Positions 24,377 through 37,327 of a stretch of 64,000 nt of DNA are shown here, in pieces; the stretch's first letter is position 1, and each line of letters opens with the position of its first letter. A program made the position numbers and the translations under genes. This DNA comes from Klebsormidium nitens (Eukaryota; Plantae; Klebsormidiophyceae). The notes beneath the pieces are model-generated. The model worked only from the letters and a program-made list of their open reading frames with translations. It had not been told where the DNA came from and made no database searches. The stretch spans positions 1 to 64,000 of the forward strand of contig DF237227.1 of the NCBI GenBank assembly GCA_000708835.1, written 5' to 3'.

Positions 24377-27300
24377 TTGGGGGGGCTCCTTCTTTGCCTC
24401 CACCAGGCTGGGGGCTGGGCCCCCGGGAGCTGTGCGCGTGTGTCCCTTTTGCTGAACTAGAACCCGAAAACTTTTGCTTCAGTCTGTTTTGCGCGGACCG
24501 CAGGAGGCTTTGGTACCTCACCAACTGCCGGCCACTCGTTGACTGCTACGATTGCGACGGGCCACCCCCTGCTGAAGCCCTGCTTCAGAGCTGATGTAAG
24601 ATTCAAAAAGGGTTGTGATTGCAGAAGGCCCGAACAACGTTCAATGAAACAGACCTCCTAGATCTGGAACCTTTCTGTTTTTCCCAGACTAGCAAAAACT
24701 GCTTGCCGGACCCAGATCCAAGCAGATGGGTGCTCCCGATTGTCAACGCACAGCAAAGCCCAATCAATTTAAAAATAAGCTCAAACGAGCTCAGCTCTAG
24801 TCCTTTCAGCTTGCAGATTAGCCCACGGTGTTCGCTGTTGTGCATGAACAGGCCGTCTTCTTTTCTAGACTTAGGACAGCCACCTCAAACGAGCCTCGGG
24901 CTGCAGGCAAGCAGAACGGGCTTGGCCCGTTTCCACAGTCACGATGCTTGGAGGAAAGACAGACCACCGCCCTCGTGTGCACGAAATAGGTATTCAATAC
25001 CGCCCAACAACTTCTGCTCGTGTCGAAGATGCCTAGGTATACACAGCTCAACCTGCAAAGCACCTGTGACCTTCCCCACGTTCAGGAACCAGCATTGCAG
25101 CAAGCACTTTGAACAGTCTTCGATCCGAGACTGAAGTTCACCTTGCCTGACTACGGACCCGGTAGCTTCCGGTTCACCAATTTCGAATCCAAGATTGCCT
25201 GGCACCAGGCAAATCTGCATATCGCAGCAAGCGAATCTGTGTCGCTAGAGCCTGGATGTTGCCAACGGCACTCGCCGCGAATTGCTTCTGCAAAGGGGCT
25301 GAGACTGAGGCAAAATAACTGTGTGTCAAAACAGAAATTTGAATCAGGTAGGTACCGGTAGGATACCCGGTACTTACAAGGCAGGTAGCCGGTAAAAAGT
25401 ATCTTAGATGCTTGACCTGGCCCGGCTGGTATCAACCCGGTACCTTCTTTGCTGCTCACCGCTCACTGCTCAGTGCTCAGAGTGAGGTCCCCATGAGGAA
25501 TATTGTTTCCCTCGCATCGAACACCAAACTCTGTCATATGGCCCGGAGGTTTCCAACCGGAGGCAATTGGATGAGGAGCACCCGCCTCAGAGCCCGGTCG
25601 GCGGTACCTTAGAGTGCCTACTCCCCAGCCGGGCGTCTCGAAAGCTGAATTGTAGATCCCCTTCTCCTCTACGGCGACCCTTCTACGGTACACACTTTTG
25701 TTGGCACCGGCGTGTGCTCGAAAAAGGTGGACTGTTTGAACCTACCACTTCTTTGCACCCAAAAAATCTGCAAGACCGGGTGCCCAGCAGGCCACCTTGT
25801 ACCACGTGGTAGTCAATGATTGGCTAAAATTTGACCAGTGACCACTTCAGAATTTCAAGGTGCAACCCAAAACTAGGAACCCCCTATCTCCGGTACCTAC
25901 CTACTACCTCCCTGGCTTTGCCCTGCCGCGCGGGATCCCTGGCATATGCACAACCATATGCTCTTGACCACGCATATGCTAACGCTAGGTTACTGATGGA
26001 TAACTAGGTAGATATGTTCATACAATTACCAGGGGGCAATGAAATAAGTTTCGTCAAAGAACCTTTACCATAACAGTTGCTTTACCGTATGCTGCCAAGT
26101 TCGACCCGCTCACCCTAGATGCGTTGAACAGCGACCGAACAATGACACCGTCATGACACCCTGGGCCGGTCTCACACTCGAATCGTCAATATTGATTGAA
26201 CCTATTATTAAATTTTCTGCAGCAGGCTCCCATATCCACATACAGCATTTTTGCTGTATTAGTAGTACCTGCAGCTGTAGCCACTTTGGTGTTCAAGGCT
26301 TGCGCCAGCAGACTAGGTAACTTTGCTAGTCTCGAAAATACGTCATTGATGACATCAGCGATAGCAGGGGTACGGTACGGTACTTTTAGGATGTGGTCGG
26401 TACCGCCTGGTTCAACCGGGTGCGGTAGGTGCTCGGGGCAACGCGGGTTACAAACAGGGCTAACCACTGATCTTGGTGAGGTTAGCTGGGGGGTTAGGGT
26501 GGGTACGGGTGGGCTCTGGCGGAACGCCTTAGGGTTTGCTCAATGCTTACCCTTGGGGTTTTCGTGTGTGTTAGGGTGTTAACCTTGTGTGACATCATCA
26601 GTGACGCAAATTGTAAGACCAGCAGACTTACGTACCCACGTCGCTTGCGCGCCGTGAAAGTGTTCAACGGTACCGCGCAAGCTGCAGTCTTGCAGGTACC
26701 ATACCCCTACGGTACGTACCTTATGTCCGATGTGGCTGAATAGAACATTTCGATTCGCTGTGCCTCACGAAAAGACGGTCATCTCGACCTTTCCCGCCAA
26801 CCTGGATTTTCAAAGTGCGCCCTTCAAAGTTCAAGTTGGTGCCAGACTGAGACAGCGGACCAAGTAAGGCTGTGGGTTCTCTCTGCCCTCTTGGAAGTTG
26901 GAGAAGGAGGTGGCGGCCGTACCAGTCGCATGCACCTTTCTTGGAGTTCACAAAAAGGGAACGTCGGTGCTGTTGGCAGGTGCTGGATTCGGCTCACCAT
27001 CTGACAGCCTACTAGTCCAGTGGGGGCCGCAGACAAAAACGCAAGGAAGTTGAAACCCAGTTGTTCCACTGTACCGATTCCATAGGTACGCTCCTTGATC
27101 TTGACTTCAAGCAGTATCAATTGCATTAAAGTGTAAATTCAAGGGCAAAAGATTACCAGGCAAAAAGTGTACCAGGACACAGGAGAGAACTTTGCGACAT
27201 GGCAGATTGTTCAAGTTAGCATTTTTGAAGAAATCATATTTTTGCCTGCCTTTGGGTTGCTGGCCATCGGATTATCTTTGGCGGGAAGCGGGTCAGTCCA

Positions 27301-27762
27301 AAAGTCAACAGTTGCTGCAACCTACCTTTCACATAAGAAGTGGCGCCTTTGTTGAAGGCGAATCACAGCTCTTTAGGTATGACTTTTAGGCATGCTGATG
27401 CCCCTGTTCTCGCTGCTTTAGGAGAACCTCTTATGGTGACCCCAATCAGCCATCAATATGCCTGCTTTTCCATCAGCATTCAATATTTTCTTTCTCTAGA
27501 GGGAGAAAACTTTCTACAATTTTCAATGCCGTGTCTTTACATATTTGTTCCTCAATCAGAGGTCTCCCTTTGTGCAGGTGCCTCCCAGTCTGCGGCTCTG
27601 TTCCTGATACTCTTACTATTGTAGGCTGGTTACATTCTAGGGTTTGCAAATCAGGTCAGCTTTTTACGTCGTGGCAAGCCACTCCATCTGTGACCGTTAG
27701 TATCGAAAGGGTCGGAACGTCTCTGGCTCCAGTGAATTGAAGCGATCTTAGATCAGTGCGCT

Positions 27763-30700
27763 ATGGCGAGCAAAGTGAGCCGCGAAGCCATCGGCATGAT
27801 GCGAGCAATCTTGGGCGAGGGCCCCTCAGAAGCCGAGCTCATCCGCTGCCTTTACATGGCCCGCTCTGATGTCGCCCTCGCAATCAACCACTACATGGAT
27901 TCAGCGAGCACTTCATACGCACGAGTGCCCCCCCCTCGGAGGACGTCTGGGCCCCCCCCAGCTGAAGAAGCCAAAGCGGATCCCCCTAGAACAGGAGAGC
28001 AGGACGAGAGAGCGCAAATTGGGGGTAATGCAGAAGGGCAGACGGAAGTCTATCCTGAGACCCCAGGGAGGGGTGTAGTCGATGGTGAAATGGAGAGGGA
28101 GGAGTGGGGAGGCGGAGAAGGCGAAGAATTGGATGGGAATTTGGGATCTGGTCCGCTCTCTTCCTCCCATCCAGAAGCAAACGCTCGTGCTCAAAGATTG
28201 TCAGGAGACACGGACCACTCCATTCCCGATCCTGCCGCTGGGCAAGCGCTTCCCGCTGGGGAACCTTTCAGAGAGCCGGCTGAGGTCAGAATGCCCGTCG
28301 TTGACATAAGCCAACACAGGCCCCGACTGCCGAGCAAACCGGCACACCCGGGGGGGAGTGTTCGGACGCCGATCGATGTGGGCCCTGACACCGAGCTTCC
28401 AGCGCCCTTCTTAGCGCGCGCTAAGAAGCAGAACCAGCGCCGGGGTGGGTCCGGCGAATGGTGGCTTCTACGGGAAACGCAGGTTGTCGGGTACTCCACA
28501 ACAAAGGGACGTAAGCTCGGGCCGGGGGACGAGGTCACTTTCGCATTTCCCAAGCAGGGAGGGAGCAAGGCGGAGAAGAAGAAGCTTCCGTTCCGGGGGG
28601 GTAAACCTGCTGGCCAGAGCATGGAGATCGTCAGGTTCTCGACCAGTAGGGCCGGTGAGGTGGGGCGTCTGCCGGGGGACTTAGCGAAGTGTCTGATTCC
28701 GCTAGTGGGGGAGGGGAAGGTGAAAGTGGAGGGGCAGTGCATCGCGGCGCCCGACGCGCTGACTATGATGTGCAACGTGGACTTGTCTATAAGGTGAGTT
28801 GCTGCGACGCTTTTGATGAGTGTGCGAGCCAAGTACGTAGATGTTCGCCTTGCAGCTTGCAAATGAGGTAGAAGGAGGCACAGCAAAGGTGCTGGCTGAT
28901 CTCACGAACAGGTGCCAGTGCAGAGGTGTGTTTGATCTGTCGGCGAAAGTTGCTGGCTTGTAGCTTCTTGTCATTGCAGCAGAGATGCTATTTATAGTCT
29001 TGCCCAGGCTCTCTTATGATCTTTTTTGCTGGAGATTCATCCTGGTCGATTCGGCCCTACTTGAGAGTCGCCATCTGCACTTTTCGGATTGCATTTCGAG
29101 GGCGGTAGTTACACACCGATTTACCTGGAGGCAGGTCATGACGAGAAACACATCATCAAATGAAGTCACCCCACCTGTTTATTACCCTTGTTCACACCCC
29201 TCTCCTACCGTAGCGCCAAGGGAATTACCACCTTTTTGTGCGAATAATTAATTTCGAAAGATTTTAGGTTTCACCGAGCGGAATGGATATTTTCCAACAT
29301 TTCGCACAAAAGGCGAATTTGATTTTTTTTGCCCATTTTCCCCTTTTTTCTCAGCCGTATGACAATACTTTTACCATTATTTTTCATTTCGTCATTTCAA
29401 CCTCGGATTTCAAATAGTTTCAAAATTTTCGCACCGACCCCAAAATATTTAATTTCAGGTTAATTCCCTTGGCGCTACGGTACTTCACGATCAAGGTCCA
29501 GGTGGTCTTCTTCCTTTGGAGCATGTGGCAAAAGTATCTAACCCTTGTTGACTCTTTCTGATCACCCGCACCTCGTCGCTGCAGAATCTATGTCAGCCGC
29601 TCCCTCTTCACCAAGCCCGGCACTGGTCCCTCGGCAAACGCCAACTCCGCCCTCTCAGAGACGACCACCGGCCACCCGTTCTCCTCCCTCCTCGAGCAGC
29701 TCGACATGCGCCCGTTCCAGAGGGCCCAATTCACACCAGAGGATTTTTTCACCCGGAAGAGGGCACTTGCCCTGGAAGGCGACGGGAACGAGAATAGGCC
29801 CAAGAGGGCCTGTGTGGCGGGTCAAACGGCGGTGCCGGTCCTAAACGGAGCGGAGGCGGGGACAGAGGAAGCGGAGGTGGTTTTGGACGATAAGGAAGTG
29901 GACCGCTTGGTGGGCAGCTCGGATATGGAGGGACTAGAGGTGAGAGAATTCGTCTCGCGCTCGTCAGCTTTGCTTGGACAGTCTGGGGAGTTTGAAAGAA
30001 AGACGTCAGGCTTGTGTCGAGCATCTTGGGGAAGAAGTCTAGGTTAGCAGGTCTTGAGAGGGGTTTATTTTCTCGGTCTCTGAAGTCGGGGCTTAAATAA
30101 GGAATTCATGTTGGTGCGGAAATATTTGCGGAGCTACCAAACCAGCATCGGACAAAGTGCTGTCGACCGCAACGACCCTTCCTCTGCCTGCCATTTCGCA
30201 GATATTTGCTGCACCTGATGAAGAGTAATAAATAAGGCTTCTTTGATTGATTCAAACCGCCAGTCTAATTTCACAGGAAAGACACTTTGTTGAGCTGATA
30301 GATGAACGCTAGAAAGCCTACTTGTTCGGGGCTCATTGGCAGCTTTCAACCGACTGACCTTAGGGATGCTCCGCCCTTTGGATGCTTTCAAGGCTTTGCC
30401 AAGAAACGATAGGCCCGCACTCGAGCTCTCGAACCAGTGGCAGAAATCGGCTTGTCCGACCCACTGACACTTTCCGATTGACTAACATGAGCTCTCATTT
30501 TTTCGCCATAGGAGATGGAGCCCGCCCCCGAGATGCTCTCCAAGCTGCGGGCGTATCAGAAGCAAGCCCTCTGGTGGATGTCGAACCTCGAGTCCGGGGA
30601 CGGCTTAGAAGATGCGGAGAAGACGCTCCACCCGTGCTGGGAGGCTTATAAGTTATCGGACCGGCGGACGCCGTTTTACCATAACGTGTTCAGCGGAGAG

Positions 30701-33700
30701 GTCACGCTCGACTTCCCGAGCGCGCTGACGACTGCGAGGGGAGGAATCTTGGCGGATGCGATGGGGCTTGGGAAAACGGTGAGGACTGCATCTCTGTTTG
30801 CCATTCCATCTTCCATTTTTGCCTCTTTTGTTTGCACACGCTGTAGAACCTGGATTAAGTTGAGGATCCTTTTCTGCTGCGTTTCTTGTGTCTGCTTCGA
30901 TTAGTTACAAACGGGCGCTTCTTCTCACGCGCTGTTGGAACGCTGGGTTTTGGATCGGGCTTCGATCGTAGTGATGATTGTGCAGCAATACTCCAAAAGT
31001 GGTATTAAATCCCGCCTGGAGACAACGTGTCTTTCGTCATCGGTAGGCTTCCGACAACAAACGGATCGGACTGATTCTTTCAGCTTCTTTTCCAGGTGAT
31101 GACGATATCGTTGATCGTGACGAACCGTGGCAGGGGGGGAGACACCCTCACCGACGCCGCCCGGCCTGCCGGGGACGCCTTCGGGGGGGCAAACGAAGCA
31201 GGCGGGGCCTCTCCCCTGCACGACGAAAATCTCGAGGGGGGCACTGACGCAGCCAGGTTGCAGAGCCACCAGCAGGCGGGGCCACTGAGTCCTCCCCCCC
31301 TGGAGAGCACGAAAGTCCACCCCCTGGAAAGCAGAAGAAAACGAGCGCGGCGAGGAGGGGGCACGCTGATCGTCTGCCCGATGACGCTGCTCTCGCAGTG
31401 GAAGGCCGAGGTCGAGGCCCACGTGGCGCCCCGGGCGCTCTCAGTGTACTGCTACTACGGCACCGACCGCGCGCGCGAGCGGCGGGTGCTGACGTCAGCG
31501 GACGTCGTCATCACGACGTACGGGGTGCTGGCGTCGGAGTGCGGGCAGGAGAACTTTCTGGAGGACGGTCCGGTGCATTCCGTGCACTGGTTCAGGGTTG
31601 TGCTGGACGAGGCGCACAGTATCAAGGCGAGCAAGACGCATTCCGCGAAGGGCGTGTTTCACCTGACGGCGGACCGGCGGTGGTGTCTGACGGGAACGCC
31701 GATCCAGAACAAGCTGGAGGACATCTTCAGCCTGCTGCACTTTCTCAGGTGAAGCGCGCAACAGCCTACAAGATCTGTTCGCATTTGCGGTCTTTGGGAA
31801 CTCCCGTGCTCTGCTTTTGACTAGGTTGTCCCGATGCGAAACAAGCTGGAGGTTATCTTCAGCCTGCTGCATTTTCTCAGGTAAAATGCACGACAACCAC
31901 GCTCCTTCGTTTTCATGGTGATTGCCATTGGAGAAGTGTCGATGTTTCCCCTTTTTTGTATCGCTAGCAAGCCTGGTTCGAAGACAGTCTGCTGCACTCT
32001 GGTAGTATGCGCTACAACCACGTTCTTTCTGTTCATGCGGATTGCGATCAGAGAAGAGAATCCATTCCCCCCCCTTCTTATGCTTCGCTAGCGTCGTAAT
32101 TCAAAGGAAGGTGATGCAAAGAACGTGGATGGGAATACGCAACTGGCTCGCGTACAACCCTAAGATCAATCGACTACTGCGGGTGCCTTTCAACACTTTC
32201 AATGGTAAAGAGCTTCAATCTCTTACATTCAGAAATCTTAAAACCGAGACCGTAAAGCTGACACCTTTAAATTGGTTTCTCAAACCTCAAACTTCTCATT
32301 TTACATCCTGAGTCGATTCCTCTCTCGCAGGGTGGAGCCGTGGGCGAACTGGGGTTGGTGGAACAAGCTAATCCAGCGGCCGTACGAGGAGGGCGACGAG
32401 CGAAGCCTGAAGCTCCTACAGGCGATCCTGAAGCCGCTCATGCTGCGGCGCACCAAAGACACCACCGACAAGGACGGCAAGTAAGGGGCTTACTAATAGA
32501 ACAAACTTGAAGCTTTTCGGTTATTCTCAGATTCTACCCTCTGTTGGTTCTTATTCTCAGAAAGCGAGATAGTTGAAGCCGCTCATGCTGCGGCGCACCA
32601 AGGACACCACCGACAAGGCCGGCAAGTAAAGGTTGGCGTTCAACCGAAAAGCTGCGAAACACATGTCAGACTTTTTTCGAGCTTTGAGCCAATTGAATGG
32701 TCCAGTAGATCCACGTGGTTAGAAAGGTGCATATCAAAGCAGTATTCCGGATTGAGAAGTACCGTACCTCCTACTTGGCGGTACTACAAAGGCAACACTG
32801 GAGGCCAAGTAGGTTTCTGGTCGACGCGCACCCTAAGAACTTCAGCAACGCCTGTAGCCTAACGAATGCTCGCTCAAATTCTGTTTTACTCCTCACTCTG
32901 TACGAAGGTGTTTGAAGCCGATCATGCTCCGCCGCACGAAAGACACCACTGTCAAGGAGAGCAAGTGTGGGTTTGCGGTTTCGGTGGTCTGCCGTATCTA
33001 TAACTTCTTATGTCGTCCGGAAGCCGTTCAAATTGCACGGCATCCACGAAACATGGACCCGGACGGCCGATAAGGAAACTGCAGCATTTTGTGTCTCTCT
33101 TTCACTCTGCAAATTTCGGTGCTCAGAATTTGAAGTATTGGCCGCACATGAAAGTCCATCGCGCTACGACACCCCAAGGACACAACGGGGGAGAACGATA
33201 ACTGACGTCTCACTGTTGCGGCTTAGGCGCTTTTCGTCCAGCCAAAAGGAGCGCTACTTTTCGTGCTGTTCTTACCCACTTGTCACCTTTGATAGATTAC
33301 CTCGTTGTGTTCCTATCTGACTTACCTAGCTTCTTCTTTTTCAGTCCCAATCTGATTTTTCCCTTCCCCACATGGCTGTCCCCAAACTTTAACTAGGACG
33401 AGGGATACTTTTGTCCTGTCTTCCTCTGGTTTGTCCTGACGCACTGACTCACCCACAAACCCTTCTCTTTCCAGCCCCATCCTGGTGATCCCCTTCTCTT
33501 TCCAGCCGACCTGGCAATCGTTGAGTTCGAATTCGACGCAGAAGAGCGAGACTTTTCGGTTGTGGTTCAGTTTATCTTCCGAGATTTCACTGGGTTTGAA
33601 GGATTGATTTACTGGGTCTCGCGCTGACTCCTCCAACCTCTTATTCTTTATCCAGCCACATCCTAGTTCTTCCCCCCCGCCGACATGGCGGTCGTCGAGT

Positions 33701-36700
33701 GCGACTTTGATGCGGAGAGGCGCTTTCTTCTTGCTTCTTTTCTTCCACCGTAACAAAGTGTTTGGGATTCGGGCTGATATATTTGGACTTTCTCCTCCCC
33801 AGCCCCATCCTAGTTCTCCCCCCCGCCGACATGGCGGTCGTCGAGTGCGAGTTCAACGCAGAGGAGCGCGACTTTTACGACGCCCTCTACACCAAGTCCA
33901 AGCGCAAGTTCGACAGCTTCGTGGAGGCGGGCAAGGTGCTGCACAACTACGCCTCCATCTTGGAACTGCTCCTACGGCTGCGCCAGGTGAGCTATTTTTA
34001 TCCTCAAATCTAAAGATTCGGAAAGCTCGAGAAACCCGACACCCTCGACTCTACTAGAAAGTTAAAGCCCTATCATCCTGGAACAGCTGCCCCAGGTCAG
34101 GTCTTTAGGCTCCGCTGGATCTTAGAGCTTCAGAATTGTTGAGGGTCACAATGAGCCGGGAGCGCAAGAACCGCTATCAGAAGGCTTTGAGGATTCGTAA
34201 AGCAATTACCTCACGTGTTTTTGAAACTGCCCCATGTCTGATTGAAAAGAGTTTCTCCTCATTCCTCCCAGTGCTGCGACCACCCGTTCCTGGTCCTGAG
34301 CCGCGGCGACACGTCCGACTACTCCGACCTCGACAAGCTCGCCACGCGTTTCCTCAAGGGCCCCCCCAAACCGCGCAACCCCCCCCGCTCGCCGTCGCCA
34401 ATTCCCACCAACGGCCCGGAGGGATCCCCCGAGCCTGAGGCGGCCGCTGTGAATAGGCCCTCCAAGGCCTACATCACGAACCTGCTGGAGGAGTTGAAAG
34501 CGAAGGGGGGGAAGGTCGAGTGTCCGATTTGCATAGACAGTGCGGAGGACGGGGTATTAACACCGTGCGGGCACGCCATGTGCCGGGAGTGTCTGTTCAA
34601 CTGTTGGCGGTCACCCGCGGGGGGGCTGTGCCCCGTCTGCAGGTGAGGTGCTTCGAGGCGAAGAGTGTGCGAAGCGCATGGTTCCAAGCTTGGGGTTTGC
34701 AATCCCATGGTTCTGAGTTGCAGGCTCGAAAGTATGGTTTCGAAATGTAGGGTGTTGGAACTTGACGGTTTGAGTCGCAGGTGTTTGAGTTGTGGGTCGG
34801 AGAGTTTGGATTTTCCGATGGATGCAGGTATTGTAGGCAGTCCGAGTAAGCTATGGGCTGGGAGCTACAATTCAGACGCTGGTGGGCGCCAGCGGCAAGG
34901 TTCTTGCCCCGTCTGCATATGAAAAAAGGTCCTTCTTAGCAGGCTTGGGGTGTTCGGCACGCAAGTCTGTATGTAATTCGGGAGTAAGGGTTTGCCTGCT
35001 AGAGGTGCTCTGTTAGATGTGTGGACTCGGACCTTTTGTCTCTCTCTTCCTTTTGGCCAGCTTTACAGGCAGCCGCCTCCGCGCTTAAAACATGGCAGTC
35101 AGGCAGACAAATCAGGGGGATGCCGAACGTAGCTCGACTAGCTCTTTCGGTGGCACTGAGGCACATGTACCAGGCGTTTGGATAGCAGAATCCTGTTTAC
35201 TCGCTTCGCAAACCCTTGTTAATGCGTCCGTTAGATCGTTAACCACCCCCTAATACAAGTCTCGGGGCCCAACTCATCTCGGGACATTTTCGCACCAAGA
35301 CCAGCTATATCATTCTCCGTACGGATATACCGTACCAGCGTTTGATTTCGTCAGGTTCGACGCCATATGTCTAATTATGAAACGTTTGCGGCTTTCGGCG
35401 TCCCTAGCGTTACCTGCTAAACAGGCCCATTAGCGGTACATTACCGCCCAGAATATTTTCCAGCTGAATTCGTCAGGCTATATAATCATTTATTGTTTGA
35501 CGAAATCAAACGCTGGTACGGTTATAGTCACGACACTGTGTAATATTTGACCTCGTCCTTTTGCCAGGCAACCGGTGCAGCGCCCCGAGCTGATCACTCT
35601 GCCGAGCGACAGCCGGTTCCAGATCGACGTGGAGGCGCAGTGGCAGGAGAGCGCCAAGGTGCGCGCGCTCTTCGCGCACCTCGAGGAGCTGCGGCCACGT
35701 GGCGAGAAGAGCATCGTGTTCAGCCAGTGGACCGCCTTCCTGGACCTCCTCGAGATCCCGCTCAAAAGGTGCGGGTCGCCGCGCGCTTTGTTTTCGAGAT
35801 TGTCTGTTTGATCGCGTTCAGGCCTCTTTTCCAGCGGTTTTAACTTCCCTTTCAAAAGGTGCGCACCGGCAAGCAAATCGTTATTGGAATGGTTCTTTCG
35901 AATCGTGCTGACGGCTTATCTGACGTTCCTCGTTGTTCGCTGTCATAGTGGGTCATCGGAAAGCGCTCGAGACTTCCATTTGAAGATGAGGTTCGGCGCC
36001 AGGAACAGACGTTTTAGTATTCACTCAATATTTGCGGCTTTTGCTAGATGATGAGCCGTTCAAAGCCTCTCCTTCATGTCAGCTTGTCTCCGGTCGTTGA
36101 AACAAAAAGAAAAACGTTCAAGCTTAATGCCTAACGGACAAGCGCTAAGCATCCGTTTCCGATTGGAGTCGGAGCGCCAATACTCTCAACTTCATCGCAG
36201 CAACCCGCCCAGATGCACTTCTGACCAACCCGATCACTAACCTCGCTTCGTAACTACAGGCGGAAGTTCGTGTACGTGCGCTTGGACGGCACGCTGTCGC
36301 AGCCGCAGCGCGAGAAGGCGATCAAGGACTTCACCGACCGGCCTGACGTGGGGGTGATGCTCATTTCGCTCAAAGCGGGGGGCGTGGGAATCAACCTTAC
36401 GGCGGCAAGCAATGCTTTCCTCCTGGTAAGCTGCCTGACCGACTTCCGAAACCAGCTTCAAAACCCGCATCTTGGAGAAGGAAACTCAAAGGGGACGGTA
36501 TGGGTTTGTTCATCTAGCGGCTTGCCGAAGATTGTGTATGCCAGCGTGCGCGTTTGGAGGAGTCTCGGTCTTTGAACCGAGAGTCAGCATTTCTTAACAT
36601 CTGACTTGTCGCGTCAGAATTGACACTCGAAAAAAGTACGGCCGAATTGTAACTCGGCTGTGCAGACCGGTTAAACACGGACACTTTTGGTTACATGACG

Positions 36701-37327
36701 CAGACTCCCTGGAGGAGCCCTGGAATCATAAGCTGATGGAACCCAGATTCGAAGCGGTGGAACCCTGATCCCCAAACGCTGACCTTCGCAGGACCCTTGG
36801 TGGAACCCCGCGGTGGAAGAACAGGCGATCATGCGCGTGCACCGGATTGGGCAGACGAAGAACGTCACGATCCGGCGGTTCATTGTCAAGGTCCGTTTCA
36901 TGCGCTATCATGCCTGTAACACGTGCTGTCTTAGCCCTTAAGAAAGGAGGATCGAATGTGAGTTTATGCGAATGAGAACCAGCAACTACCGTGGTTTACA
37001 CGGGCTCACTTGCTTGGCATTCCCGGTCGCTAAGATTTGCGAAATGCAGACTCTACGGACTTTCCGTAAGGGGTTCTTTAGTTGGAGCTGTCGAGAACAC
37101 AACCAACAAAGCTCGTAGCTTCTCTACTTATGCCTCTCAAAAAGTTGGTTATTAGGTTCCTGACCAGATTTCGTCTGACTTTGATTACAAATGTTTGTGC
37201 GCAGGGTTCCGTTGAGGAGCGCATGCAGCAGGTCCAAGCACGGAAGCAGAAAATGGTGAACGGCGCGCTCACTGATCAGGAGATGAAGTCCGCTCGGATA
37301 GAGGATCTGAAAATGCTGTTCAGGTAG
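27763..37327 (+). CDS. RAD5A: RAD5A-like SWI2/SNF2 DNA translocase with N-terminal UBA-like domain, HIRAN and RING finger
   Basis: Exons 27763-28793, 29585-29939, 30512-30778, 31096-31748, 32331-32480, 33803-33986, 34272-34642, 35568-35768, 36260-36425, 36792-36890, 37205-37327. HIRAN (GYSTTKG...IVRFST...EVGRLP), [40 protein letters not shown]...CGH..C..C...[38 protein letters not shown]. The N-terminus resembles plant RAD5A. Confidence 0.95.
29208..29480. mobile_element. Tc1/mariner-type MITE, 273 bp, in RAD5A intron 1
   Basis: Perfect 20-bp TIR CCGTAGCGCCAAGGGAATTA (29208-29227) / TAATTCCCTTGGCGCTACGG (29461-29480), TA on both flanks, AT-rich non-coding interior. Confidence 0.9.
31820..32970. 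repeat. Intronic copies of RAD5A exon 4 and exon 5 3' ends, including donor sites
   Basis: Exon 4 end (31748) is copied with a donor at 31880. Exon 5 end (...CGCACCAAAGACACCACCGACAAGGACGGCAA|GT, 32480) is copied with donors at 32625, about 32808 (decayed) and 32964. Confidence 0.85.
33335..33870. repeat. Intronic copies of the RAD5A exon 6 acceptor and 5' end
   Basis: CCAG|CCCCATCCT...GCCGACATGGCGGTCGTCGAG pattern at 33803 (true), 33656, 33475 and 33345 (most decayed). Confidence 0.85.
35329..35522. mobile_element. MITE, 194 bp, in RAD5A intron 7
   Basis: Perfect 25-bp TIR ACCGTACCAGCGTTTGATTTCGTCA (35329-35353) / TGACGAAATCAAACGCTGGTACGGT (35498-35522), flanked by TAT on both sides. Confidence 0.85.

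Noticed and set aside
32570-33560. Excess of synonymous differences in the RAD5A decoys as proof of coding selection
   Set aside because: Roughly half synonymous is expected even for a neutral copy, because the functional exon itself changes mainly at silent sites; only the cupin 7306-7341 case stands out.
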